Shown piece by piece: positions 27,815 to 36,988 of a DNA stretch of 64,000 bases. Positions within the stretch are counted from its first letter, which is position 1. Each line of letters opens with the position of its first letter. The notes beneath the pieces were generated by a model. The model had not been told where the DNA came from, did not search any database, and saw only the letters and a list, made by a program, of their open reading frames with translations. Position numbers and translations under genes: made by a program. This DNA comes from Thermoproteota archaeon. GTDB taxonomy: Archaea > Korarchaeota > Korarchaeia > Korarchaeales > Korarchaeaceae. The DNA is taken from positions 94,393 to 158,392 of the forward strand of contig JAOZFG010000035.1 of assembly GCA_027491435.1 (NCBI GenBank). The letters are read 5' to 3'.

Positions 27815-28510
27815 ATGCTAGCTCTAGGGGTCTCCGACGTCCATTCCCCAATATGGCTGAGAGAGTTGCAGGAAGAGGTCTCCAAGTGGGAGGACAAGGG
27901 CGTAGACCTCGTGCTCGTGGCCGGCGATTTAACCAATAAGGGGAATGTGGTTTATTATAGGAAGGCTATAAAAGTCCTTCTAAGGCTTGGCGCTAAAATA
28001 GTGGCAGTCTTTGGCAACGATGAATATGAGGAGGTGAAGGACAGGATAAGGAGGGATAACCCGGAGGTTATCTTCTTAGAAGATGAGTCGGTGATCTTGG
28101 AGCTAGGCGGAATGGAGGTCGGCATAGTGGGCTCTAAGGGGAGCTTGGAAACCCCCACCTCATGGCAGAGGAGGCACATCCCTGGAATAGAAGAAATTTA
28201 TGAGGAAAGGGTAAACTTGGTGGGAGAGCTCTTGAGAGGACTTAAGTCCGACCTCAGGATATTGCTAACCCACTACGCCACCACCAGAGAAACCATGAGG
28301 GGTGAGAATCCCAAGATATACAGGTTCCTAGGTCATAGGGGATATGAGAGGTACTTCAGGGAGGGGCTCGTCGACGTGGCAGTCCACGGCCACGTGCACA
28401 ACGGAACGAAGGTTGCTAAGGTTGGAGGCACGATCGTTTATAACGTGGCGTTTCCACTTTGGAGGACCCTGGTGAAGATAGAGTATGGAGGGCTACAGCC
28501 CTTCTTCTAG
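27815..28510 (+). CDS. Calcineurin-like metallophosphoesterase
   Basis: SDVH, AGD, GNDE, THY, HGHVH. Confidence 0.88.
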   Translation: MLALGVSDVHSPIWLRELQEEVSKWEDKGVDLVLVAGDLTNKGNVVYYRKAIKVLLRLGAKIVAVFGNDEYEEVKDRIRRDNPEVIFLEDESVILELGGMEVGIVGSKGSLETPTSWQRRHIPGIEEIYEERVNLVGELLRGLKSDLRILLTHYATTRETMRGENPKIYRFLGHRGYERYFREGLVDVAVHGHVHNGTKVAKVGGTIVYNVAFPLWRTLVKIEYGGLQPFF

Positions 28511-29475
28511 TAGTTGGATTTGAGAAATTCGATTAACTTATCAGCCGGGCCCTTTATAAGCCCTATCAGGCAGAGGACCCTCTCGAGAGGGGAAAGGTTC
28601 AGCTTACCCCCGCAGGCGTAAGGATGACCTCCTCCGTCGAACTTCCTGCAGGCCACGCTCAGGTCTTGCCCTCCAACTCCTCGGTAGAGGGAGAACCTGA
28701 CGCAGTTGTACAGCACCAGAACGAAGTCCACCGGCCTAGCCTCCACCAACCTTTTGGAGGCCTGTGAGCCCGGCCCTCCTCTTGGCCTGAAGTCTATAAC
28801 GGCGAACTCTTTACCTGAGGCCGTTCTGTAGAACTTGACCCTGAAAAGGGCTTCCTTTATCCTCTCCTCGTCCCTCTCCATTAATTCCCTAGCCCTCTCC
28901 TCCACCTCAGCTGTGACTATCTCCCCATTTAACAGGTTCTCAGCCACCTTTCTGAGCCATTTACTTCCCCTGCAAACTGTTGCCAGTATTTTGCTCTCCC
29001 TTAAGGAGTAAGTCGCCGTATCGGCGTCGTTAGCAAGTTCCACGAGTTTAGGTATTATGTGGTCTCCGTCAAACACTTCATAGACGAGTTGAGCGGCGCT
29101 GGGAGCTGGCCTAACTATGAAGTTGACCCCGGGCACGTTGACCTCCGGCCACCTGTGGTGATCTATCCAGGTGATCTTCCACCCCTTAGACACCATCTTA
29201 ACGAGGGCCCTTTCCACTTTATCCCTGTTGGAGTCATTTACCCCTATGTCGGTGACGTATAGCTCCCTTCCACTGGCGTGGGCGAGGGATTCAAGCACTT
29301 GGTGTATCTTCCTGGGGGTTGAGAACAGTAGAAGCCCGTCCCCCAACTTCTTTCTGAGCACTACGTAGCTGACCACGCCGTCTAAGTCCGTATGGGTTAT
29401 AAAAATTCTGGAGGGAAGTGTCCCCAGAATCGACTTAAGCTTAAGCTTCAGAAGCCAGGCTTGATATTTCATCAA
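28507..29475 (-). CDS. DHH/DHHA1 family phosphoesterase
   Basis: HTDLDG, VTD, IDHH, GGGHPYACG. Confidence 0.88.
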   Translation of the reverse strand: MMKYQAWLLKLKLKSILGTLPSRIFITHTDLDGVVSYVVLRKKLGDGLLLFSTPRKIHQVLESLAHASGRELYVTDIGVNDSNRDKVERALVKMVSKGWKITWIDHHRWPEVNVPGVNFIVRPAPSAAQLVYEVFDGDHIIPKLVELANDADTATYSLRESKILATVCRGSKWLRKVAENLLNGEIVTAEVEERARELMERDEERIKEALFRVKFYRTASGKEFAVIDFRPRGGPGSQASKRLVEARPVDFVLVLYNCVRFSLYRGVGGQDLSVACRKFDGGGHPYACGGKLNLSPLERVLCLIGLIKGPADKLIEFLKSNY

Positions 29476-30979
29476 GAGAGGACCCTGCCAGGAACTTCCT
29501 TACAGCATCAGGCAGATCCTTAACCTCCACTCTGACCTGCCTCATTGTGTCCCTGTCCCTGAAGGTTACGGTGTCATCTTCAAGGGTCTGGTGATCCACA
29601 GTAACGCATATTGGTGTGCCTACCTCGTCCATCCTCCTGTACCTCTTGCCTATGCTGCCGGACTCATCGTAGAAGGCGTAGAACCCTTGCTCAATTAGCT
29701 GTCTGTATATCTCCCTAGCCCTCTCCGGCAATCCATCTCTCTTGAGAAGGGGAAACACGGCCACTTCAATTGGGGCTATGTGCCTGGGAAGCTGAAGCCA
29801 AACCCTCTCCTCATCCTCCCTGTAGGCAAGCATCAGCTCGTGGAAGATCACCCTGTCCAGGCCTATGGAGGGTTCGTACATGTGAGGGATCACCTTAACA
29901 CCCCTATCGGTCATAACGCTTAGGTCCTTACTGGAAACCCTCATGTGCCCCTTGACGTCATAATCGGTCCTGTAAGCGTTGTTCACCAGTTCAACCCACC
30001 CCAGGTCTTCAGTGTAGACCTCCAGATCCCAATGGGCCAAAGCGTAGTGGGCCTTCTCCCCCTCTATCAATTCCCTGTACCTTAACCTGTCCAAGGGAAA
30101 GCCCAGAGTTTCATTGAAGAACTTCTGTACCCTAGCCAACCAGTAGGTTATCAGCGGGTTTATAGTGTAGCCGGTCTCAAGCCCCTCCCTAACAGTCATT
30201 TCAGTTATATTACCAGTTTCCCTGTCCTCCCTCTTGAGGAACCTTATCTTGTAGTCCATCAGGGGTTTCAACTTCTCCTCATACTTGCTCTGATCCTCTG
30301 GATCGAAGAATATGTGGAGCTCCAATTGCTGAAACTCCCTCATCCTGATGAGGGTCCTCCTTGGGGAGATCTCGTTCCTGAAAACCCTGCCTACCTGGGC
30401 GAGTATAAAAGGGAGCTTCCCTCTCATGACCATAAAGGAGGTCTTAAACTCGACTACGCTCCCTTGAGTGGTCTCAGGCCTTAAAGCCGCGTTTGGCTCT
30501 TCGGCTTCGGCTCCCACGGCTACGGTAAACATTAGGTTGAACTGTTTTATCTCGGTCCAGTCGAAGGCTCCACACTTGGGACACCTGATCCTGTTTTCCA
30601 GCACCAGCTTCAAGAGCTCTTCATCGGACATGCCTTCTAGGTTTTCCTCTATGCCTAAAGTTTCCTCTATTAACTTATCAACCCTGAACCTGGTGTGGCA
30701 CCTCTTACACTCTATCAGCCTATCGAAGAAATGCTTTAGGTGGCCAGAGGCTTCGAACACCTTTATCGGCAGTATATGAGGGGTCTCTATCTCGTGAGCT
30801 CCTTCAGGGAGGACCAAGTTCATCCTCCAAAGCTTAATTATCTTCTCTTTCATTCTCAGGCCCAAAGGCCCATATACGTAGAAGCCTGCAGGCGCTCCCG
30901 GGTAGAGCTCCCTAGAGGAAGGCCAGAAGAACCCTCTCCTGAAGGCCAAGTCCACTACCTTGTCATAGATCTGCTGCAT
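29441..30979 (-). CDS. glyS: Glycine--tRNA ligase (alpha2 type)
   Basis: SGH, LRPETTQG, FRNEISPR, REFQQLE, EPSIGLDR, SIGKRYRRMDE. Confidence 0.95.
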   Translation of the reverse strand: MQQIYDKVVDLAFRRGFFWPSSRELYPGAPAGFYVYGPLGLRMKEKIIKLWRMNLVLPEGAHEIETPHILPIKVFEASGHLKHFFDRLIECKRCHTRFRVDKLIEETLGIEENLEGMSDEELLKLVLENRIRCPKCGAFDWTEIKQFNLMFTVAVGAEAEEPNAALRPETTQGSVVEFKTSFMVMRGKLPFILAQVGRVFRNEISPRRTLIRMREFQQLELHIFFDPEDQSKYEEKLKPLMDYKIRFLKREDRETGNITEMTVREGLETGYTINPLITYWLARVQKFFNETLGFPLDRLRYRELIEGEKAHYALAHWDLEVYTEDLGWVELVNNAYRTDYDVKGHMRVSSKDLSVMTDRGVKVIPHMYEPSIGLDRVIFHELMLAYREDEERVWLQLPRHIAPIEVAVFPLLKRDGLPERAREIYRQLIEQGFYAFYDESGSIGKRYRRMDEVGTPICVTVDHQTLEDDTVTFRDRDTMRQVRVEVKDLPDAVRKFLAGSSLDEISSLASEA

Positions 30980-31544
30980 TGGCCCTCACCCAGTCGATTA
31001 TGACCTTGGGAACCCCTGCTTCGTTTAAAATTATGTGCTCAATTTCTTTTTCGTTCATCCCCTCAGCCTTTAGCTTTCTGCTTAGATATCTGACAGTTTC
31101 CGCATATTCCCAGAAGTAGACCACCCAGGCGTCGGTCTCCTCCACATAATAGTCAGGTCTGACCTTGCTCCAAGGCTTGAAGTGGAGCGTAGCTACCTTC
31201 ACTTCTGAGGCCCCCATATCCTTAACGTGCTGTATTGCCACCAGTAAGCTATCTCCAGTGTCAGCCACGTCGTCGACCAAGAGCACCTTCTCTCCGTCTA
31301 CTCTGGTGTTCAGTGGCTCGGTGACCTCAACTATATCCTTGACCTCTAAGGCTGCGTAGTGAGTTATCCTTATCGCCTTGACCTTGTGTACGTCGAGCAG
31401 GTCGCTTAGCAGCCTAGCTACAACCATGCCCCCTCTAAGGATAGGAACCAACAGCGTTGGCCTATAGCCGGACTCTATTATCATGTCGGCTAACCTCATT
31501 GAGAGCTCGAACGCCCTTTCCGGATCCACCCGCAGGAACTTCAT
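30963..31544 (-). CDS. Purine phosphoribosyltransferase
   Basis: ILRGG and the LLVDDVADTGDS PRPP-binding motif. Confidence 0.88.
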   Translation of the reverse strand: MKFLRVDPERAFELSMRLADMIIESGYRPTLLVPILRGGMVVARLLSDLLDVHKVKAIRITHYAALEVKDIVEVTEPLNTRVDGEKVLLVDDVADTGDSLLVAIQHVKDMGASEVKVATLHFKPWSKVRPDYYVEETDAWVVYFWEYAETVRYLSRKLKAEGMNEKEIEHIILNEAGVPKVIIDWVRANAADL

Positions 31545-31546
31545 CT

Positions 31547-31837
31547 CTACACCTCCGGGCATGTACAGGGTATGTTACCGCATTTTGGACAGCCCTTTCC
31601 GTACCTGGAGATGAAAGCACCTTCTAAGTCCACTCCCAAGAGGTCAGCTACGCTTAAGAGCCAGGCAAACACATCAGCGAACTCTTCTCTAAGAGATGAG
31701 GGATCTCCATCTCTTATAGCTCTGAATAGCTCACCTACTTCCTCGCCTAGGTGGATCACGGTTCTGTCAACTCCTCTTCTCCTGTCCCTCTTCCCGTAGA
31801 TGTCCCTTATCAGTTTTTGAGCCTCTGATATCCTCAA
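31547..31837 (-). CDS. MazG-like nucleotide pyrophosphohydrolase
   Basis: EEVGEL, EEFADVFAW, C-terminal CPKC..PCTC. Confidence 0.88.
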   Translation of the reverse strand: MRISEAQKLIRDIYGKRDRRRGVDRTVIHLGEEVGELFRAIRDGDPSSLREEFADVFAWLLSVADLLGVDLEGAFISRYGKGCPKCGNIPCTCPEV

Positions 31838-31847
31838 GAGCGTTCCC

Positions 31848-32009
31848 TCACAGCAGATGGAGCAATAGTATGGTTACGCCAGTTAGCGCTGACAGGAAGA
31901 CTGGGAACCACTTGGGCACCTTGATACCGCCCGCCTCCTCCGTGCTGAAGGTGAGGATACCCGCAACGGACATGGGCATGTAGTTACCCTTCCTCTTACC
32001 CTTCGGCAT
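31848..32009 (-). CDS. secG: Preprotein translocase subunit Sec61beta/SecG (53 aa, below the ORF-track cutoff)
   Basis: Manual translation MPKGKRKGNYMPMSVAGILTFSTEEAGGIKVPKWFPVFLSALTGVTILLLHLL: basic N-terminus, S.AG(I/L)..(F/Y)..E...IK motif, one C-terminal TM helix. Confidence 0.85.
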   Translation of the reverse strand: MPKGKRKGNYMPMSVAGILTFSTEEAGGIKVPKWFPVFLSALTGVTILLLHLL

Positions 32010-32081
32010 AACAACCCCTCGGGGTATTGAATTGCACTATTAAATTTATAGCGACCATCTAGGTTACCGCTCGGAGGCCTG

Positions 32082-32996
32082 ATGAGGGTCAGGTTCAAAA
32101 ACGGCGTAGAGGTTGAGGGCAGGGAAACAAGGATACTCCTGGACCCTTTGAAGACCGAGCCCAACGTGACGGCTTTGATAACTCACGCCCACTCTGACCA
32201 CGTGCCCAAGGACGTCAGAAGGCCTAAGGGCAGGGTGTTAACCAGTAGGGGAACTGCCAACATAATCAGGAGGAGGTATAAAGGCCAAGTTGAGGTAATC
32301 CAGGTGGGTAGGGAGTACAGGATAGGTGAGTTCCTAGTAAGAGCCTATCCAGTGGGTCACATTTACGGTTCAGTAGGCTACCTGATACAGGGCAAAGAGG
32401 CGACCATCTTTTACACTGGAGACGTGAACCCCAGGGGAGCGTTGACGGCTGAAGAACCCGAGATACCTGAAGTCGACGTCCTGATAGTGGAATCAACGTA
32501 TGGCCTCCCCAAGTATAGGTTCCCAGACCAGCTCAGAGTAAGGGCAGATCTGGCCAAGTGGGCGGCAGAGAAAGTTAAACAGGGGAAGAACGCCGTGATA
32601 GAGGCCTACGTGGTAGGCAAGTCCCAGGAGGTGATAGCCACCCTCAACTGGCTCACCAACTTGGAGGTTGTGGTATCCCCCAAGGTTGCGGAGGTCGCCA
32701 GGGCTTACGAAGGGGTTAAGCTTGAGTTCAGCGAGGTGAGGCCAAGAGAACCTCACGTGTACGTCACGGGAAGGGCTAACGGCGATAAGGTTGTGGTGTC
32801 CGGGTGGGTAATAGATTACGGAGGGGGCTTCCCTCTGAGCTCTCACGCCGATTTTGACGGCCTCCTGGACGTAGTAGTCAAGTCGGGGGCCAGGAAGATA
32901 CTTACGGTATACGGGTTCTCTAGGTACTTCGCTGAATGGTTAAAAAATAGGGGAAAGAATGCAGAATTCCTCCGGGAAAGCTGGTTAGTTGTCTGA
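32082..32996 (+). CDS. Metallo-beta-lactamase/beta-CASP-like nuclease
   Basis: THAHSDH, GHIYGS, YTGD, ESTYG, LSSHADF. Confidence 0.88.
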   Translation: MRVRFKNGVEVEGRETRILLDPLKTEPNVTALITHAHSDHVPKDVRRPKGRVLTSRGTANIIRRRYKGQVEVIQVGREYRIGEFLVRAYPVGHIYGSVGYLIQGKEATIFYTGDVNPRGALTAEEPEIPEVDVLIVESTYGLPKYRFPDQLRVRADLAKWAAEKVKQGKNAVIEAYVVGKSQEVIATLNWLTNLEVVVSPKVAEVARAYEGVKLEFSEVRPREPHVYVTGRANGDKVVVSGWVIDYGGGFPLSSHADFDGLLDVVVKSGARKILTVYGFSRYFAEWLKNRGKNAEFLRESWLVV

Positions 32997-33494
32997 TCAC
33001 TTCTTCTTGGTGGTTATTCCGGGAATCTCCTCAGGAACAACTGAGGGTCTCTCTTTTATCGTCTCTAGCACTAGGGAAGTGTTGGTGTCCCTGAGCCCAG
33101 GTATGCTTTGTATCTTCCTGAGTATCTCGTTGAGCTCGGACTGGCTTCCAGCTATGACCTTAAGCAGGACGTCGTACTGTCCTGTTATTTCATGGACCTC
33201 AAGGACCGAGTTGCCCAGTATCTCTACGACCTTCCTGGCAACCTCGGAGTGCTTTCCGGGCTCGGTCTCAAGAAGTATTATATACTTGCTACCCTTACCA
33301 AGCTTAGAATGGTCGATGAGCGCCGTGTACCCTTTCACTATTCCGAGCTCCTCAAGCTTCTTAACCTTCTTCATTACTCCGGCAGGGCTCATTCCCAGCT
33401 CTCTAGCTATTTGGGTGTAGGTGATCCTTCCATTATCTACGAGCTTCCGGAGGATCTCTATCTCCTTAGCAGTTATTCCCTTAACTCTGGGCAT
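32997..33494 (-). CDS. Lrp/AsnC family transcriptional regulator
   Basis: N-terminal HTH (NGRITYTQIARELGMS), GIVKGY, ITGQYD RAM domain. Confidence 0.92.
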   Translation of the reverse strand: MPRVKGITAKEIEILRKLVDNGRITYTQIARELGMSPAGVMKKVKKLEELGIVKGYTALIDHSKLGKGSKYIILLETEPGKHSEVARKVVEILGNSVLEVHEITGQYDVLLKVIAGSQSELNEILRKIQSIPGLRDTNTSLVLETIKERPSVVPEEIPGITTKKK

Positions 33495-33619
33495 ATTAGA
33501 TCCCTCCCAAGGGCTACCCGCATGTTAACTATAGGGGCACTATACCCTACATTTTTTGTGGGTAGAGAGTATATAAAGTTGCCTCATAAAGAGATGCCTA
33601 GCTGAGGTGATACGGTCCC

Positions 33620-35272
33620 ATGTTAGACGTTGTTCAGAAGAAATCAAAACAAATGTTCAGTATGCCCTCGTTCAGGATTGCCTTATTGACACTAACTCTC
33701 CTATTCACTATTCCAGCGCTCATAGCACATTTTATGGATGAGACAGCCGTTCTCCTCCCCTACTACACATCGTTAATAGTGATAAATTTATTCGTTTACC
33801 TCAATACCAGGGGCTTGAAGGTAAACTACTGGAACGCGAGGAGGAGGGCGTGGTTTTCAGTCTTCGTGACAATGCCCTTATTTATAAGTATATTGTTAAG
33901 TTTACTCCTAAGATATGATCTTTATGTGCTTTCCTATACATCTCTATACCTGCTAATCTTAATATCTGCCACGATAGGATCGATTGACGATATGAAGATA
34001 TTCCTGTCGGAAATATTGCTATTTTCGTTAACGGCCCTTCTCAACTCGATGGATAGTTTTAAGATCTCCTTGATCTCCGGTATCACATCCGTTCTAGCGG
34101 TAAAGCTGATGGGTGGCGTGATAACAGCCATTTCAAAGCCGTTAACTGGATTAGATGGCTTTAAGAGCGTGAAAGCTTTGGCTGAGCTCACTTTAGGGGA
34201 CAGAGGAGAGATATATGAGAAGGCCTTAGACTCGAGGGGCGAGGAGGGGGAGGTCAACCTAGGAGTCATAAGATTTAACAACTCTGTAATTTTAACTGCT
34301 GACTTTCACCCTGGACCCTTCAGGGCGGGGAGCGCTGAGGGACCCGGGATCATACTGAACTCGCTAGAGGAGCTCAACCCCGTGTTTATGAGGGCGGCGT
34401 CTACTCATGAGAGGAACCTGACCATGAGGGCCTACGTTGAGTCCTTGGCCGAAAGGCTCAGGGAACTGGCTGATAGCTCGAAGAGCTGTTGTATTGGGAG
34501 ACCCGTATTCAAGAGAGGCAAGTTTGAGGTTGTGGCGTTTAGGGTAGGGGATCACCTCTACTTCCTAGTGTCAGGCAGGCCCATCGAGAGCATGGAAGAC
34601 ATCCCCCACGAGATCCAAGAGGAAGTGAGCAGGAGGTTAGGGGTGAAGTGCTTCGTAGTTGATAGGCACGACTCCATAGTTGAGGAGGGTTATAAGGTGC
34701 CTCTTCCCGGAAGCGAGCTAGGTGAAGCTCTGATAGAGGAGCTAGTAGAGGCGGGAAGGGAGGCCTTGGCGGAGAGGTGTTATCACGAGGTTTTAGTGGG
34801 TTACGCCTCAGGCAAGCCGGATTGGTCAGCAGTGGGCAGGGGAGGTGTGAGGACACTCGCCGTTAAGGGCGACGATTGGGGCCTCTTGCTCATCAGCGTG
34901 GACGGGAACAACTCACTGCCGGACTTTAGAGACAGGCTCCTGAACAGGCTATCCTCTTATGGACTGATGCCCGTCTTGCTCACCACGGATACCCATGAGG
35001 TGCTGAGAACCAAGGAGCCGTTCAACCCACTGGGCTACAGAGGGGACCAAGAGTCCATGATAGAGTACGTGGAGGAGCTGGCCAAGAGGGCCATTGATTC
35101 GGCCTCCCGATCGGAAGTCCGTTGTAACACCTCCTCCTTCAGGGTTAAGTTTATGGGTAAGCGTGAAATCCTATTATCGGCTGTTACAGTAAGCATCTCA
35201 GCTGTTTACCCCAAGTACCTAGTTCCCTTGGGGCTTCTACCCCAGCTGGCCATCCTACTACTGCTAACCTGA
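33620..35272 (+). CDS. DUF2070 family membrane protein
   Basis: N-terminal TM bundle; HPGPF, THE, DRHD, DGNN and TTDTH motifs. Confidence 0.8.
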   Translation: MLDVVQKKSKQMFSMPSFRIALLTLTLLFTIPALIAHFMDETAVLLPYYTSLIVINLFVYLNTRGLKVNYWNARRRAWFSVFVTMPLFISILLSLLLRYDLYVLSYTSLYLLILISATIGSIDDMKIFLSEILLFSLTALLNSMDSFKISLISGITSVLAVKLMGGVITAISKPLTGLDGFKSVKALAELTLGDRGEIYEKALDSRGEEGEVNLGVIRFNNSVILTADFHPGPFRAGSAEGPGIILNSLEELNPVFMRAASTHERNLTMRAYVESLAERLRELADSSKSCCIGRPVFKRGKFEVVAFRVGDHLYFLVSGRPIESMEDIPHEIQEEVSRRLGVKCFVVDRHDSIVEEGYKVPLPGSELGEALIEELVEAGREALAERCYHEVLVGYASGKPDWSAVGRGGVRTLAVKGDDWGLLLISVDGNNSLPDFRDRLLNRLSSYGLMPVLLTTDTHEVLRTKEPFNPLGYRGDQESMIEYVEELAKRAIDSASRSEVRCNTSSFRVKFMGKREILLSAVTVSISAVYPKYLVPLGLLPQLAILLLLT

Positions 35273-35305
35273 AAAATTTATTTAGCGCAAGTGGGTTAGA
35301 GTCAC

Positions 35306-35379
35306 GGGCCCGTAGCTCAGCATGGAAGAGCACCCGGCTTTTAACCGGGGGGTCGCGGGTTCAAATCCCGCCGGGCCCG
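35306..35379 (+). tRNA. tRNA-Lys(UUU), intronless, CCA not encoded
   Basis: Acceptor GGGCCCG/CGGGCCC; anticodon arm CCCGG-CTTTTAA-CCGGG; T-loop GGTTCAAATCC. Confidence 0.95.
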
Positions 35380-35415
35380 CAAAATTAATATATTGGGAAA
35401 CTGTCCACTTGGGCT

Positions 35416-35784
35416 ATGAGTTTGGAAGAAGCCCAGCTACTGATAGAACAGGCTAGGGAACAACTGAAGGATGGGGACTTCCTAGACTTCCTCACTAACC
35501 TAAAGAAGTCCATGTTAACATCTATAATGGCCGTCCTAAGGGCCCTTGGAATGACCCCTCCCGAAACTGACAACCTTTTGAGGCTGTACTTGTCAATCCC
35601 CGCCCAGTACAGGCCGGCCATAGGTGAGCCTGAGTTTGAGATATTCGAGTACAAGTACGGTTTGGCCGTCTATAACATGAGCGGAGCTGTCCCTTTAGAA
35701 AAAGAGTTTTTGGAGAGCAGCCTCGACCTAGCTGAGAGGGTGCTCTACTGGGCCCAATCCCTCATTCGAACCTTAGCGCCTTAG
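35416..35784 (+). CDS. HEPN-domain protein (degenerate)
   Basis: A..L..GDF...AVL..LG..PPETDNL...LDLAERVL.W helical HEPN pattern. Confidence 0.6.
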   Translation: MSLEEAQLLIEQAREQLKDGDFLDFLTNLKKSMLTSIMAVLRALGMTPPETDNLLRLYLSIPAQYRPAIGEPEFEIFEYKYGLAVYNMSGAVPLEKEFLESSLDLAERVLYWAQSLIRTLAP

Positions 35785-36988
35785 CCGGCTCCAGCTGAGC
35801 CGCCTTCATGGCAGGAGGTAGAGCTCCGAGTATTGTGACCAGTAGGGTTGAGCCCGCTATTAGCAGAGCGTAACCAGGGGAAAGCGTTGGAGTTATCATG
35901 AAGACCTGTCTGTGAGGACCTACCTCCTCTGGCCTGAAGAATAAGGAGGTTATCCCCAGAGCTCCCCCGTATCCTAGTAACATCCCCAAGATTATGGCCA
36001 CTGAGCTCATGAGTACCGCTTCAAACAGGAAGGACAGACCTATATCTCCCTTGGAGGCTCCCATAGCCCTCATTACCCCTATTATCCTGACCCTCTCGGT
36101 GACCGCTGTGTACATAGCGTTCATTATTCCTATAGAGGCCACCACTATGGTCATAGCCGCTATGGCCCCGAGGACTAAGACTGACATATTGACCACCTGA
36201 TCCAACTGTTTCTGCATGTCCTTCATGGCCACTATCATTACCTCCTTGCCTATTCCGTATTCTTCCCTCAGCTGATCCACTACGGACTCTACTAGGTTTA
36301 CGTCCTCAACTATGACCGAAAGCCCGTAATAGGCCTTCTTGTTGTATATCTTCTGGTAGATTCTAAGGGCGTACCCCAGCGGCACTATGACCGTGTTGTC
36401 CACGTCTGTCATTATTGAGGTTCCGTAGGGCTCTATTACCCCCACAACCCTGGGCCTGACAGTAAGCCCGACGAGAGGTATCTCAGCCTTGACGTTCATC
36501 CCCAGCAGTATGTAAGGCTCCCCATCAGACAGCCTCTCTGCGAGCCTATACCCTAGAACGGCGGCCTCCTCATTGGAGGAGGCTGGCCAGTCCCCGTACT
36601 TTATCGCTATATCGGGGAAGACATCTGAGACGTACTCCGGATCCACGCCCAGAACCGTGTACTTCTCGCTCTTGCCGAACATGGTGATCTCCATGGGCAT
36701 CTGTATCATAGGAAATACCGCCTCTACTCCATCCATCCTCTCTATCTTGTCTATGTCAGCGTCGTCGAAGATGACCGATCCCCTGGAAATCACGTATATC
36801 AGCCTGAGGCTGCTCCCCTTGAACATCCTCTTTATAGCGAGGCCGTAGCCCTCAGCAAAAGATATGACCGCAGTTAGGGTGAGCACTCCCAAAAAGATTC
36901 CTAGGAGAGTTAGGAAGGTCCTCCTCTTCCTGCTCATCATCGCCTTAAAGGAGAACCTGATTACATCGTTAAACCTCAATCTCCTCAC
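35762..36988 (-). CDS. ABC transporter permease (MacB/FtsX-like)
   Basis: RTFLTLLGI, GIMNAM..AVTER..IGVMRAMGA, PA.KAA.L.P..ALRFE. Confidence 0.9.
   Translation of the reverse strand: MRRLRFNDVIRFSFKAMMSRKRRTFLTLLGIFLGVLTLTAVISFAEGYGLAIKRMFKGSSLRLIYVISRGSVIFDDADIDKIERMDGVEAVFPMIQMPMEITMFGKSEKYTVLGVDPEYVSDVFPDIAIKYGDWPASSNEEAAVLGYRLAERLSDGEPYILLGMNVKAEIPLVGLTVRPRVVGVIEPYGTSIMTDVDNTVIVPLGYALRIYQKIYNKKAYYGLSVIVEDVNLVESVVDQLREEYGIGKEVMIVAMKDMQKQLDQVVNMSVLVLGAIAAMTIVVASIGIMNAMYTAVTERVRIIGVMRAMGASKGDIGLSFLFEAVLMSSVAIILGMLLGYGGALGITSLFFRPEEVGPHRQVFMITPTLSPGYALLIAGSTLLVTILGALPPAMKAAQLEPAKALRFE

Noticed and set aside
35306-35379. Integrated element at tRNA-Lys
   Set aside because: No integrase and no duplicated tRNA 3' end were seen in the window.
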